From assembly GCA_028534125.1 (NCBI GenBank), contig CM052816.1, positions 30,444,001-30,508,000 of the forward strand: a DNA stretch of 64,000 nucleotides, read 5' to 3'. This DNA is from Lama glama. Taxonomy: Eukaryota. Position 1 is the first letter of the stretch; each line of letters opens with the position of its first letter. A model generated the notes under the pieces. The model saw only the letters and a program-made list of their open reading frames with translations, did not search any database and was not told the origin of the DNA. Made by a program: the position numbers and the translations under genes. Shown here in pieces: positions 12,961 through 23,352 of this stretch.

Positions 12961-13745
12961 ACATTTTAATGTCAGCAGGCCTTTTGTGAGTAATGGGATT
13001 AAGGCTCTTTTCTGTTTATCTCTGTATAATATTCTTTAATAGCAGAATAAAAATATAAAGATTAAAGTAAAAGTTGGCTACTTCAAATATTTTTCATAAA
13101 CAGATATTCTTACAAGCATTTTCCCCCAAACTATACTCTAGGGTGATTTTTTTCTAAATTTTTAAAATATCAGAAATGTAAATTAAGCCATCTATTAAAC
13201 AATCTGAACTTTAAGTGATATTAAACTTGAAATAGAATTATTTTTCTCCCATCTCTCTTTCATATAACATGTACTTATGCATATCAAATCATCCTTTATC
13301 ATTCCTACACCATTATCCAGTTTTCCCATTGGTTTCATTTAGTTAGAAGTACAAGTAGGTCCACTTTAAACCTCTGATCTCATCTTCCCCACTCCACCTT
13401 GACCTTGGCTAGAGGGCCCTAGAGATGGACAGTTCTTTACATCTGTTCCCTCCATCTTCTGGTGTTGGAATAGGGAAGATGCATCAGTGAAAAGAAACAG
13501 TCTTTTCCCTGAAACCGGGGATGAAAGTGCACCATTTCTTTGGAGTGGCTGAACCTAAATATTCCCTGAAGCACTTGTATAAGCTTTTTGAGGTGCCCTT
13601 CAGAAGACTCTCTGTTACCCAGTTTCCTAGTACATGAGACCCAACTTCAACTCCAACATCCTTTTCCAGTCCAACCCACTTTCCTGGTAGGATGGGAAAT
13701 GGTTAGCATCAAAGCCCAGCTAGGCAAGCCACGCTTGATTAGCTT

Positions 13746-14021
13746 GTTTTTTTTTTTTGAATTATAGTCAGTTTACAATGTTGTGTTAATTTCTGATGCA
13801 TAGCATAGTGATTCAGTTATATATATTATATAATATATATATTTATAATGAAAAAGAATATAAAATGAATATATATATATTTATATTCTTTTTTATTATA
13901 GGCTATGATGAGGTGTTGAATATAGTTCCCTGTGCTGTACAGTAGGACCTTGCTGTTTATCTGCTTTCTATAGTAGTTAGTATCTACAAATCCCGAACTC
14001 CCAGTTTATGCCTCCCTTTGC
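13746..14021 (-). mobile_element. Short L1 3' tail with exact 10-bp TSD
   Basis: Poly-T then 'gaattatagtcagtttacaatgttgtgttaatttctg'. TGATTAGCTT at 13736-13745 and 14022-14031. Confidence 0.92.
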
Positions 14022-14384
14022 TGATTAGCTTTCACCCTCACTCTCATTTCCTTCCTCCTTCTCAGGCATAGGGGCAAGAGGTGCATGTTGTACAAGCAGA
14101 GCCAGTTTGCTGGCCTTGGACAAGGTACAGGAAGGAGACAGTGCTGGCACCTATTGGGTCCAATTCCAGGACAACAGGAAGATTACCATCCAATCTTATT
14201 TTCACTAAATTCTCTCATAGCATCCTAATACACCCCACAAACTAGCTATCTTTTTAAACTTTAGTAAGTCTTTGATGCTAGGCAGCTGTCAGTTTATCTT
14301 AAATCTCTTGTTAGATTTAAGATTTCTCAAGGATATTATTAAGCTGATAGTGATAATATTTATTCTGTGCCTATAAGAGGAGAA

Positions 14385-14775
14385 ATGATAAGACATAATA
14401 GGCTGAAGAGATAAACTAGAGTAAGATCCTGAAAAGTATTTTATTCCATAAAAATGAGTTTGGATTTTGCCATATCAGTAATGAGAAGCCTCCAAAAAGT
14501 CAAAAAGTTTATATAGAGTTTCTGGGAAGGAAAAGAAATTGGGTTTGAGAAGTGATGAAATTTGAAGGAGACACAAACGATACCCAAAATACCAGTTTGA
14601 CAAACTGGCAAAATGATGTTGTTATTTATTTTAATAGTGAAAACTTTAGGAAATGCACATTTGGGGAGGAGATTATTATTTCATTAGACATAGAGCAGTA
14701 GGCTATATATGGTTGTACAAAGCTCTGGTAAAGATCTGAGTTTAAAAGGGGAATTTGGAAGTCATTCACTTATGT
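14385..14775 (-). mobile_element. L2 fragment
   Basis: 'gagtttggattttgccatatcagtaatgagaagcc' resembles reverse-complement L2 3' sequence. Confidence 0.6.
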
Positions 14776-15444
14776 GATTAGTGGGCATATACCAGGTTTT
14801 CTCAACCTCTGCACAATTGACATTCTCTTCCTTTAACCTGAAGCCATTAACATGTTATATCCTTTCTTCAGAGAAAGAATTTTACTCGAGATGCTAGCAG
14901 ACCTTAGCTAGTAGGCCATGGTTATATTAAATTCAGAAATGTTCAAGGCATTCCATTTCTGAGATATAATTTAGGATTAAAATTGTTCATTTAGCCTGTG
15001 TATTACACAGGTTCCATTTTTGAAACTAAATGCTATTTCTATTTTTAAATCACTGTTGGTCTTATTGTTGCCCCAAATGTCATATTCATTTTGTGTTCAT
15101 GCAACTGTTTAGAACCATAGCTGCTTAAATTTGTATATTTAAAAAATTCTTTCTTCTTGCCTTTTTCTTGACTATAAATATACATGCTGCTGATTGAAAC
15201 AATATCCACTCATAAACACATGTTACAAAATCAATGATTTCCAACTTGAAGCCTGAGATCCTTGGACACAATAAACATTTCTGAATAATCAAACTATACA
15301 AGGTATTTTATTATGGTAGGCCTCAAATGGTTTGTCTGTTTTATCCATATTGATGTTTTTCTTCTGTTGCTTTCAAGGTAGATGATTAAGAAGCTCTGCT
15401 ATAAATTGCTTTTGATGTTTTGTGAGCTCTTCTGGATATAAGGT

Positions 15445-15559
15445 AAACAATGGTCTAGAACTGAGGTTTTCCCGGAACTGAAGGCTTCCCAGAATGGGAG
15501 CTTTCCCAGCTTTAAAATATGGACAGTCCTGAGCAAATTGATAAAATTGGCCATCCTAT
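15445..15559. mobile_element. hAT-Blackjack (MER94/MER81-like) fragment
   Basis: 'aaaatatggacagtcctgagcaaattgataaaattggccatccta' resembles the '...gggacagtcccgggcaaa...ggtcacccta' terminus. Confidence 0.55.
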
Positions 15560-15994
15560 CTGAAAGCCAAACTAGATCTAAAATTTGTTGTATTATCTTG
15601 GTTTCCAGTGTGAGTTCAATCTGTCACCAGTTTGTCATTATTTAATTTTTTTACTTATACTAATAAAATAAATGTGGTAGCTACCTTCATGTGTTTCATA
15701 TTACAAGTTTGACTTAGTAAGTCTTACAAACTGTGCATGGTAACTGAGGTACACACAAAAAATTTGAAGAAGCCTGCTTGGAGAAGTAATATTTACTCTG
15801 TAAAACTCTGTTTGCACTTAACACGTAAGAACGTTTACAGAGAACAGCATCTCAGAAAGTCTGGAAATAAGCTGAGGTTGCAGACCATGAACATTTTTTG
15901 CTTTACATCTGAAATCAAATGTCAAGACACTTCACCAGGTTTGCCTGACATAAAATAAAAGTGAATAAATATATGAATTGGGGGAGCAGGGTAT

Positions 15995-16443
15995 TGTTGA
16001 CTTAAAGAAAGGCACGCAGCATAAGAATTGTGAGTTTAAGTTTTAGTCAGGATCTTACTGAGGGCTACAGCCTGGAGGACAGCTCTGAGGAACTACTGGG
16101 AAGACATGGAGAAGGAGCCAGTATGTAATGAATGTTTTGGCCAGGAAATATGTGAGTTCAAACACACGTCTTGGTCCAAGATTATCGCTAAGCACCAAGA
16201 ACAGGCATCTCAAGTTAATGTTTTAATGCTTGCCTGTGTATGGGAAGATGCAAGCATCTGGGGTCATTGACATTCTTCCTGAGTTGTGCATGATCTAGGG
16301 ACCTGTTTAAGCAGAGCACAGACTGTCTCCTTCTGTTTTTCATCCTGAGCTCCTCTCAGAGTGCCCTCTCACTGGGTTGCAACATTACCCTTGTATAAGT
16401 GGTGATGGGAGAGGCTTTCGCCCTGTTTTTGTTGTTGTTCATA
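15995..16443 (-). mobile_element. ERV1-class solo LTR
   Basis: Starts TGTTGAC and ends TTCATA. Exact 4-bp TSD GTAT (15991-15994, 16444-16447). Its R/U5 is homologous to the plus-strand LTR at 20718-21317. Confidence 0.85.
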
Positions 16444-16471
16444 GTATTATCTAAGTCATGCGAGTAGAGAT

Positions 16472-17394
16472 CGTAGGGGTGGAAAAATTGTCTCTGCTAC
16501 CTTTATGGGCTCTTTGGCTTGTCTAATAATTAAACTGACATGAGACAGTTTAACAGGAGAGTAAAACAAAATTACGTACATACAGGAGCCTCATAAAGAT
16601 ACGAAGACTAAAAAGGCAACCTGGTAATGGAGGCTTATATAACATCATGAGCTAAGAAAAAGGTAGGGGTCTGATATACAAAGAGGAAAAAGGCCATTTC
16701 AGGAGGGCAGAGGGGATGCTTAAAAAACAAAGGTTACACTGCTAGACAGATATATTTCTTAGGTCAAAAGGTGTCTCCGTAATAGTTCTCCTCTTGGTAC
16801 AGGTCTGTTGGGCTGCACCTCTCAGGCCTGCAAGGCCTATACTTGCCAGGCTTCAAGACTGAAGAAAGAGCCTGGAGTCAGCGACAGAGACATCCGTGGT
16901 TTAATGGGTGAGGGAGCTTAAATGTCTGATGCAAGGTCCTGGAGTGACACCCCATCATATGCTGCAGATGGTGGGCGGGTCACAGTGGCAGTCTTCACTC
17001 CCAGTGGGCAGGGGGAGGTTAGAAGTTATAGGGGGAATTGACATCAGGTTGGCTCATTTGTTGCCAGGGAAACCAGCAGAGGGGCACGCCCCTCACAGCC
17101 CCTTTGATAAGAACTGTCACTAGCTAGGGTGGGACAAGTATGTAGGAAGGTCAGTGGTGTTGAGTAGGGTGTGGGTGAAGCAGGCCCTGATCAAGCTGGG
17201 GATGGACAGAGAACAAGAGAATAGCCATCTCGGGTGACCTGACCATACAGGTGCCTTTTCCAAAGTAAATGTAGGCAGTTGAGAGAGAGGTAAGGAGCTT
17301 TTCCTGAATTGGCTGGGTTTTGATTGCCTTTAGCTCAAAATAATGCTCATGCCAAAGTGGCATACTTTGGGGTGACAAATTCTGCTCTCCTTCA
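16472..17394 (-). mobile_element. ERV1 solo LTR (MER34-like), split by a nested LTR
   Basis: The right end 'gccaaagtggcatactttggggtgacaaattctgctctccttca' resembles the reverse complement of a MER34-type U3 start. Flanks AGAT / ATAT (3 of 4 match). Confidence 0.8.
16806..17249 (-). mobile_element. Nested solo LTR (ERV1-like)
   Basis: TG...CA termini (TGTTGGG...CATACA), flanks GGTC / GGTG, a GC shift relative to the host LTR, and minus-strand ATTAAA near 16900. Confidence 0.78.
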
Positions 17395-19549
17395 ATATCA
17401 AAATTGAGACTTTTTCCCTCTTAATTTCCTTGATTTGGACTTTAATAATACACTAAGTTAGAATATAGCACAGGTGATTGTAGAGATAGGTGTTTTAGGG
17501 TGACGTTTCAAGGACATACCTCTAATGCGTGAAAATTGTCTTGGCTTCTCTGTCTCATATCCCACGTTTGATGTCACAGGACGAGTGAGAACGCAACTTG
17601 ACAGAATAAAATGGGACAAGGCAGAAAGTAGGTGTTTTTCAGAAAGTAAATGTTGTTCAAATTCCTTAACCTTAAAAGTAAATTTTTAAAAATCTGAAGT
17701 ATAGCCAAGGGGCCTATTCGTAGTCAAAGAGTCAAATCCACTCAGTGATTTTGGTCCAAGGAGAATGGAAAAAAAAAAACAACAATTGTACAGGGTACAG
17801 AACCTGTATTATGGATGGAACAGGTGTTTCTGGGCACTGTGGTCTAGAGAGGAGAAACTCTGCAAACGTGGGTAAACATTTATATCACTGAGAGGTAGGA
17901 TAAGGTGTTAGAAATAAGTCAGAGATGGTATGTTGAAACATCTTTCTTCTCCCCCATGGAAGTTAAAGTCAAGGATAACTCCTGCTCTTGGAAAGAATCT
18001 GAGGAGGGTAATGCCATGTTTTTGTGAGAATCCTGTCTGTGTGGATTTGGTTTAAAGATTTCCTGGGAGGGATTCATGACTTGTCTCAAATAAAGTTACT
18101 CTCCCTTGATACAGGAGAAGGAAGGAAGGGGAAGAGATCAGTGACTTAGCATGTACACAAAGACAGTGAGATCCGAGGAGAGTGGTCTTGATAATGACAG
18201 GCTTCTGGGACAAGCCCTTCAAAACCTGTCAAGGGGTTGATTGAGCTCCAAGAGCCGGCGAGACCTGCAGAGTGGTGGCTAGCTTCTTTGTAGAGAACAC
18301 AATGGAAACTGGTGTCACCAGGTGACTTACCTGATTTTCACCTGTCTTCCCAGAATTGGGGGTATGAATGGGAGGGGGGACTCCCCCCACCCCGTCTCCC
18401 ACCTTTTTCCCTGGCAGAAGGAGGAACAAAGCAGCTGAAGAAGTTAGAGAGATGCAAATTTTATAATGCATCTTCCCTGACTTGTGGATTTGTCCGCAGA
18501 GTACGTTGGGTGGATGCTGGCTGGTAAGGCTGTCATTCTACTTATAAACCGAGGACCAAGTGGGCCCCTTTCCTTAATCAACGTTTATGTAAAAGTTGGA
18601 ATTTTTGATGCGTACTTTTTTCCTCTCATCTGTTAATTTCTAATAAGCTTTCAAATTCACAAATGACAAGGCAAGGCACTGGTGCAGGAGGGTGGGAAGC
18701 AGGGGTGGAAAAGACTGTGTTATTTAAAACTGGCCCATTCTCTCCTTAAATGTGAGGGCCTCACAGTATCAAGGCTATTTTATCTAAATCCAAAGACTAC
18801 TTCTGAAACTTTCTTGAAAGCCCAATTTTTCTTCCTTTTTTTATATTGATTTGTTTATAGCACTGCCAAATGCACTGATTTATCCTCTTACCTACTGTCA
18901 AAGCAGCCCAGTTCTGATGTTGAACATGGGCCATTTCAGGTAATCTATCATGAAATGGCTCAACAGTGCCAAGTTTCTTTAAACCCCTTTCTGAATGTGT
19001 TTTCTTACTCAAAAGCAACCACTCTGTGGCGTGACCCCTGCACCTGGTGTGTCAAGCTTCAGTAACTAATTGAATACACAGTGATTTCAGTTTTCCACCT
19101 GAGACAGTCCTGATAATCAAACTGAGGCTTATCTCTCACTGCGGGACCTATAAGTTAGTTTAGTTAGTCCATCAATCCGGGCTCTGTCAAAAAAAAAAAA
19201 AAAGGAAAAAAAAATAAAGAAGTGGGGGAAAAAAAGGAAAGTGGGAAAGACAGAACTGTTAGCAAAATTGCACCCTTCCACATTTGTACTCCACAAGCAA
19301 ATAATCATAGTACACTCAATCTGTGTCGGGAAGTGGAATAAATATAGCCTTCTATTAAAATCTTTAGCACACAGAAGGAAAGGAAGGCACTCATTTGGGT
19401 TGAACACATTCTACTTAACAATGAATGTCTAAATCCCAATTTCATCTTCACTTGTCATGAGCATTACTTATTTTTATATATAATAGGTATTGTTGTTGTA
19501 CAGAACACATGCTCCTTACAACATAAAAACAAGGGGCTCTAACAAATGT

Positions 19550-19940
19550 GAGGCTGCAGGTCAGTTGCCAGAGATTTTGAAACGAAGATTAGTATGCAGA
19601 AAGTTTACTAGCGAATGTCCCAGGAAGGGAAGGAAGCCGGATCATGCTGAGGAAGAAGCTGGGCTCCTATGTAGTAACAGCAATGCTTCAATCTACCCCA
19701 TGAGGAGCCTGATGCTTGGGTTGCCAACCCATGATGTCCAGATTTGGGGTTAGGTACTTTGGGATACCCTTGATCATTCACTGGATGCAGGATGCTCAGG
19801 GGAGGGGGCACGACCTTGGGCCAAAGTGGCTCTCCTTAAGTTCTGGATGAGACTTAGGTGAGAGCTCTCCCAGCAGCCAAGAGAACAGGACTGTGACTTC
19901 TGAAGGGGAATCTAGGCTGCATAGCACAGTGTTCACTGCC
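19550..19940 (-). mobile_element. ERVL LTR (LTR33-like)
   Basis: 'gaagattagtatgcagaaagtttact...gaccttgggccaaagtggctctc...ctgaaggggaatctaggctgcatagcacagtgttcact' resembles the recalled LTR33 consensus. Confidence 0.65.
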
Positions 19941-20717
19941 AGGTAACTGACAGCTGTAACAGTCCAGGTTAAACATCCAGACAGATGCAGGCATTGTAAA
20001 AGGCTCAGGAGAAATCCAAGTAAATTGACTATTATATTTCTTCCCAAAATAAATGCTAGTGAAACTCCTTGAACACAAATATCTCGCTGTTGGATTTCTG
20101 ACCATTTCAATGCTCCAAGCACACTTTGGTTGAGATGAAGGTGGTTTGAGACCACAAAGATGTATCATCAATTTTGCCTGTTGGGTTAACTAATTAACAT
20201 GCTGAGAGATTTTCAACAGCATCCTCAGAAGCAAAGGGCAGGTTTAGGCTCAGAGAATGGGGAGCCACCGATGTCATCACTTCCCCCAGGACTTTGTTGT
20301 TGTCGCTCAAGGAATAATCCAGAAATAGCTAAATTTCCACAGACCACAAAGTCTGGTTGTATGATTAGAAAATAAAGAAACCCTCAGTGCTTTTCCACTA
20401 AATTAAACTGGAGATAGTAAATAAAGAAAGATAGTTTGTAAATTTAAGAACAGTTTAGAGGAGTTAGAAGAGCTGATTTAAAGTAGTTGACTCAGGCAAC
20501 TGATGCTTCAGAAGAAAAGTTCTATTACAGGAAACAAATGTTTGCTCAGAGGAAAGACATGGAGAGAGATGGACAGGAGAGATCTGGGGTGAGGTGTCTC
20601 TTCTAGGGCAGGCCTTCTCCACCCCATTGCTTTTGACATTTTGAGCTGGATGAATTTTTGTTGTGGGGCTCTCCTGTGCATTGCAGGATGTTAAGCATTA
20701 TTCCTGGGCGATATCCA

Positions 20718-21068
20718 TGTAGAACAAAGAATGTTGCCCATTACCAACTTCTGCAAGGATTAAGTCATTAGTCACTGCAGTTGCTGACCAACAGGGCACC
20801 CTGAAGGGAACTCAGGACAAGAAAACAGGAGGAGGCACTCTTGTGCTTTGGGAAACAACCCCTTATATAGTTAGATGTATATCTCAGGAAGAATGAACCC
20901 AGATTCTTGCATTTTCCCGTATGTAGAAAGCACTAAAATCATTAGCTTGAGGTATGTGGTCCTTTCGAGTAGAAGTAGTCTTTTACTAAGATGTATGCTT
21001 TATCTCACCTGTTCCCTAGCCCTGAATTTTATATATATATAATATATATATGTGTGTGTGTGTGTGTG

Positions 21069-21099
<31 letters not shown>

Positions 21100-21317
21100 A
21101 CTATATAACTCTCTCTCTCTCTCTCTGTACACACACACACACACACACACATACACATACATACATACATACATACTGGTTTCTCCCTGATCTCTTTGGA
21201 TCAGTTATTTCACGAGCGGTACTGAGAGGCTGTTCCCCAGACTATAGCCCTCAGTAAAGTCCCTGAATAAAACTGAAACTCAAAGCTGTTACATTGTGCA
21301 TTTGCTTCCAGTAGATA
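20718..21317 (+). mobile_element. ERV1-class solo LTR inserted in MER20
   Basis: Starts TGTAGAAC, AATAAA at about 21267, flanks TCCA / CACA. Its 3' part is homologous to the reverse complement of 15995-16100. Confidence 0.85.
21029..21176. repeat. Compound microsatellite (TA)n(TG)n(TA)n(TC)n(CA)n(CATA)n
   Basis: Directly visible inside the LTR. Confidence 0.95.
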
Positions 21318-23062
21318 CACACTAGATGCCAGTAGTAACCCCCACCTCAAATCATAGTGGTGAAAAAATGTTTCCAGATATTGTCAGTTGTCCCCTGGGA
21401 GCAAAATTGCCTTCCATGCTCATCCTCCACTAAGAACAACTGCTCTATAAGTAATGGACTTTCAGGAATAGTCAGGAATATTAATGTATGTGCTGTGAAG
21501 GGCTGTATAAGTCTAGAGAGGAATCATATTTTAATTACAAACATGTTTTTAGAATTCTGTTTTGTGTTGTTGTTGGATAATAATACCCTCTGTTCATCTC
21601 ATGAATGCGTTCCTTAGTTTTATTTATCATCCTCTAGGTCAAGGTAGCTGTGTGTGCAGTAGAAACAGTATAATTGGAAAAGATGGAAATTGGGTATAGA
21701 AAGAATGAAAAGCATAATGGAGGAAGTAGTTGGCTGTTTAATGTAATCCTCAGGAGATTTTTAAAGTATTTCAGGAGTGTTTTATCACTGAAAAGATACA
21801 CTAGTCATATTTTAAAGGCATATATGATAATCAAGTCTTTCTTGAACTACATGATAAGAGTTCAGTCATTTCATTCTTCATCTGAATTGTTAATAGAAGT
21901 TTTGAATGTTATGCATATATTAGGAATCCTTTTCTCATTTTCCAAATATGTGCAATTCAGTGTTACCTGATTCTGAGCAGCTGTATATCGTGTTGCATGA
22001 GGCAGTAGCACAACATAATGTTAGATAATGTAATGGATGTTTTAGATTATGCTGTCACTTCTTTTTTCCATCTCAGGGACAGTTTTATAATATTGTTAAG
22101 ATTTATAATGCTAGATGAGCTTTATTAAGCAGAAGTGTCCTGTTTCCTTTCATACTCTTAGAAAATAAACATTGTGCCAGATTTATCTTTTCCCACAGCT
22201 GTGTGTTTGTAAATGTCAGAACAAGACATGTTGTGTTAGATTGGAATCTATTATCATTCATGAAAATAAGTTGCAATTTTGTATAGTTATGAAAGAGGGA
22301 TGGAAAGCTGAAAAAAATCACAATTAGATTTTTCTAGAACCTAAAGCAATAATAAAGAGAATGTACATTTGCTGTTATGAGGACTTTGCTTGCAAATGTC
22401 TTATCTTTGTTGGTTTTGTGTTCATTTTTTGAAACTCCAAGTAGGTTTATATTAAAGACTTTTTCTTTTAGCCAGTGGAAATAGTAAATGTCTTTGTCGT
22501 GTGGATTGTATTCAGCTTAGTTCTTTGCAGACTCTATTCCTCCTCCTCCGTATATGAAATGACCATTAGTTCCGTTAACTGACAGTGGCATTGCTGCCCA
22601 TTTGCAAGTTCGTATATAACCAGAGAGGGGAACAAGAATGGTATTTTGAAAAACGATCATTTATAATGTTCACCAAATAAATTCTTGAAGTTTTCTTTCA
22701 GTAACATTGGACTCCTTTCTATTCCCTGAATCATACCTTGATTCTTATTTTTGACTCTCTGTGTTCCCTTCCAACTGAATACCTTCAATCCCAACTTTTG
22801 AGTGATCAAATCATTCTCAATTTAAATGCTATCTTTTTCCTGTTATCTTTGGAGACCAGTAAATAATTTGTAACTCCTCCTTTGCTAGATCTCTTGGGCT
22901 GCAACTCCCATGAACAAGATTATGCTTTCCTTTTTGCTAATAGCTTCCCTTGGCAGCTTCTGGTTTTCCAGGGTTGACTGTCCACCCCTTCCAGTTTGTC
23001 TTTATTCAGTGGGACATAAACTGGCTCTAGGGTGGGTCTGTCTCTCAGTAGTTCATCAGTGC

Positions 23063-23352
23063 ATTGGGAGAAAATTCTCCCTGAGTCTTTTGTGTTTCTG
23101 CATGTCTTTGAGCAGAGGCTTTGTCTGCCTTTATTCTTGACTGTCTTTTCAGGAGTGTTTGTATAGGGAGCAATCTTGGGAGACAAAGAGAATTTCTAAC
23201 TCCAGGGCAAAGGGTAGTTTGTTTGTTGCTCAGTATAATACAAATAGTATTTCCCTCTGGGACAGAGATCATCCAGACCACTGCCCGTTATAAACGTCAT
23301 GAGTTCTCTACGCTCAGGGTTTCTCTCTTGTGATACAACCAATGCTTGTGAA
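23063..23352 (+). mobile_element. ERVL LTR fragment (MER68/MER77-like)
   Basis: 'tgggagaaaattctccctgagtcttttgtgtttctgcatgtctttgagcagaggc...ggagtgtttgtatag' resembles the recalled consensus start. Confidence 0.65.

Larger units (their letters stand above)
20606..21442. mobile_element. MER20 (hAT-Charlie) split by an LTR
   Basis: 'ttgacattttgagctggatgaatttttgttgtgggg...tgcaggatgttaagca' then, after the LTR, 'cactagatgccagtag...aaaatgtttccagatattgtcagttgtcccctggg'. Confidence 0.85.

Noticed and set aside
15995..21317. Full provirus bounded by the two related LTRs
   Set aside because: The LTRs are in opposite orientation, each has its own TSD, and there is no gag/pol/env-like sequence between them.
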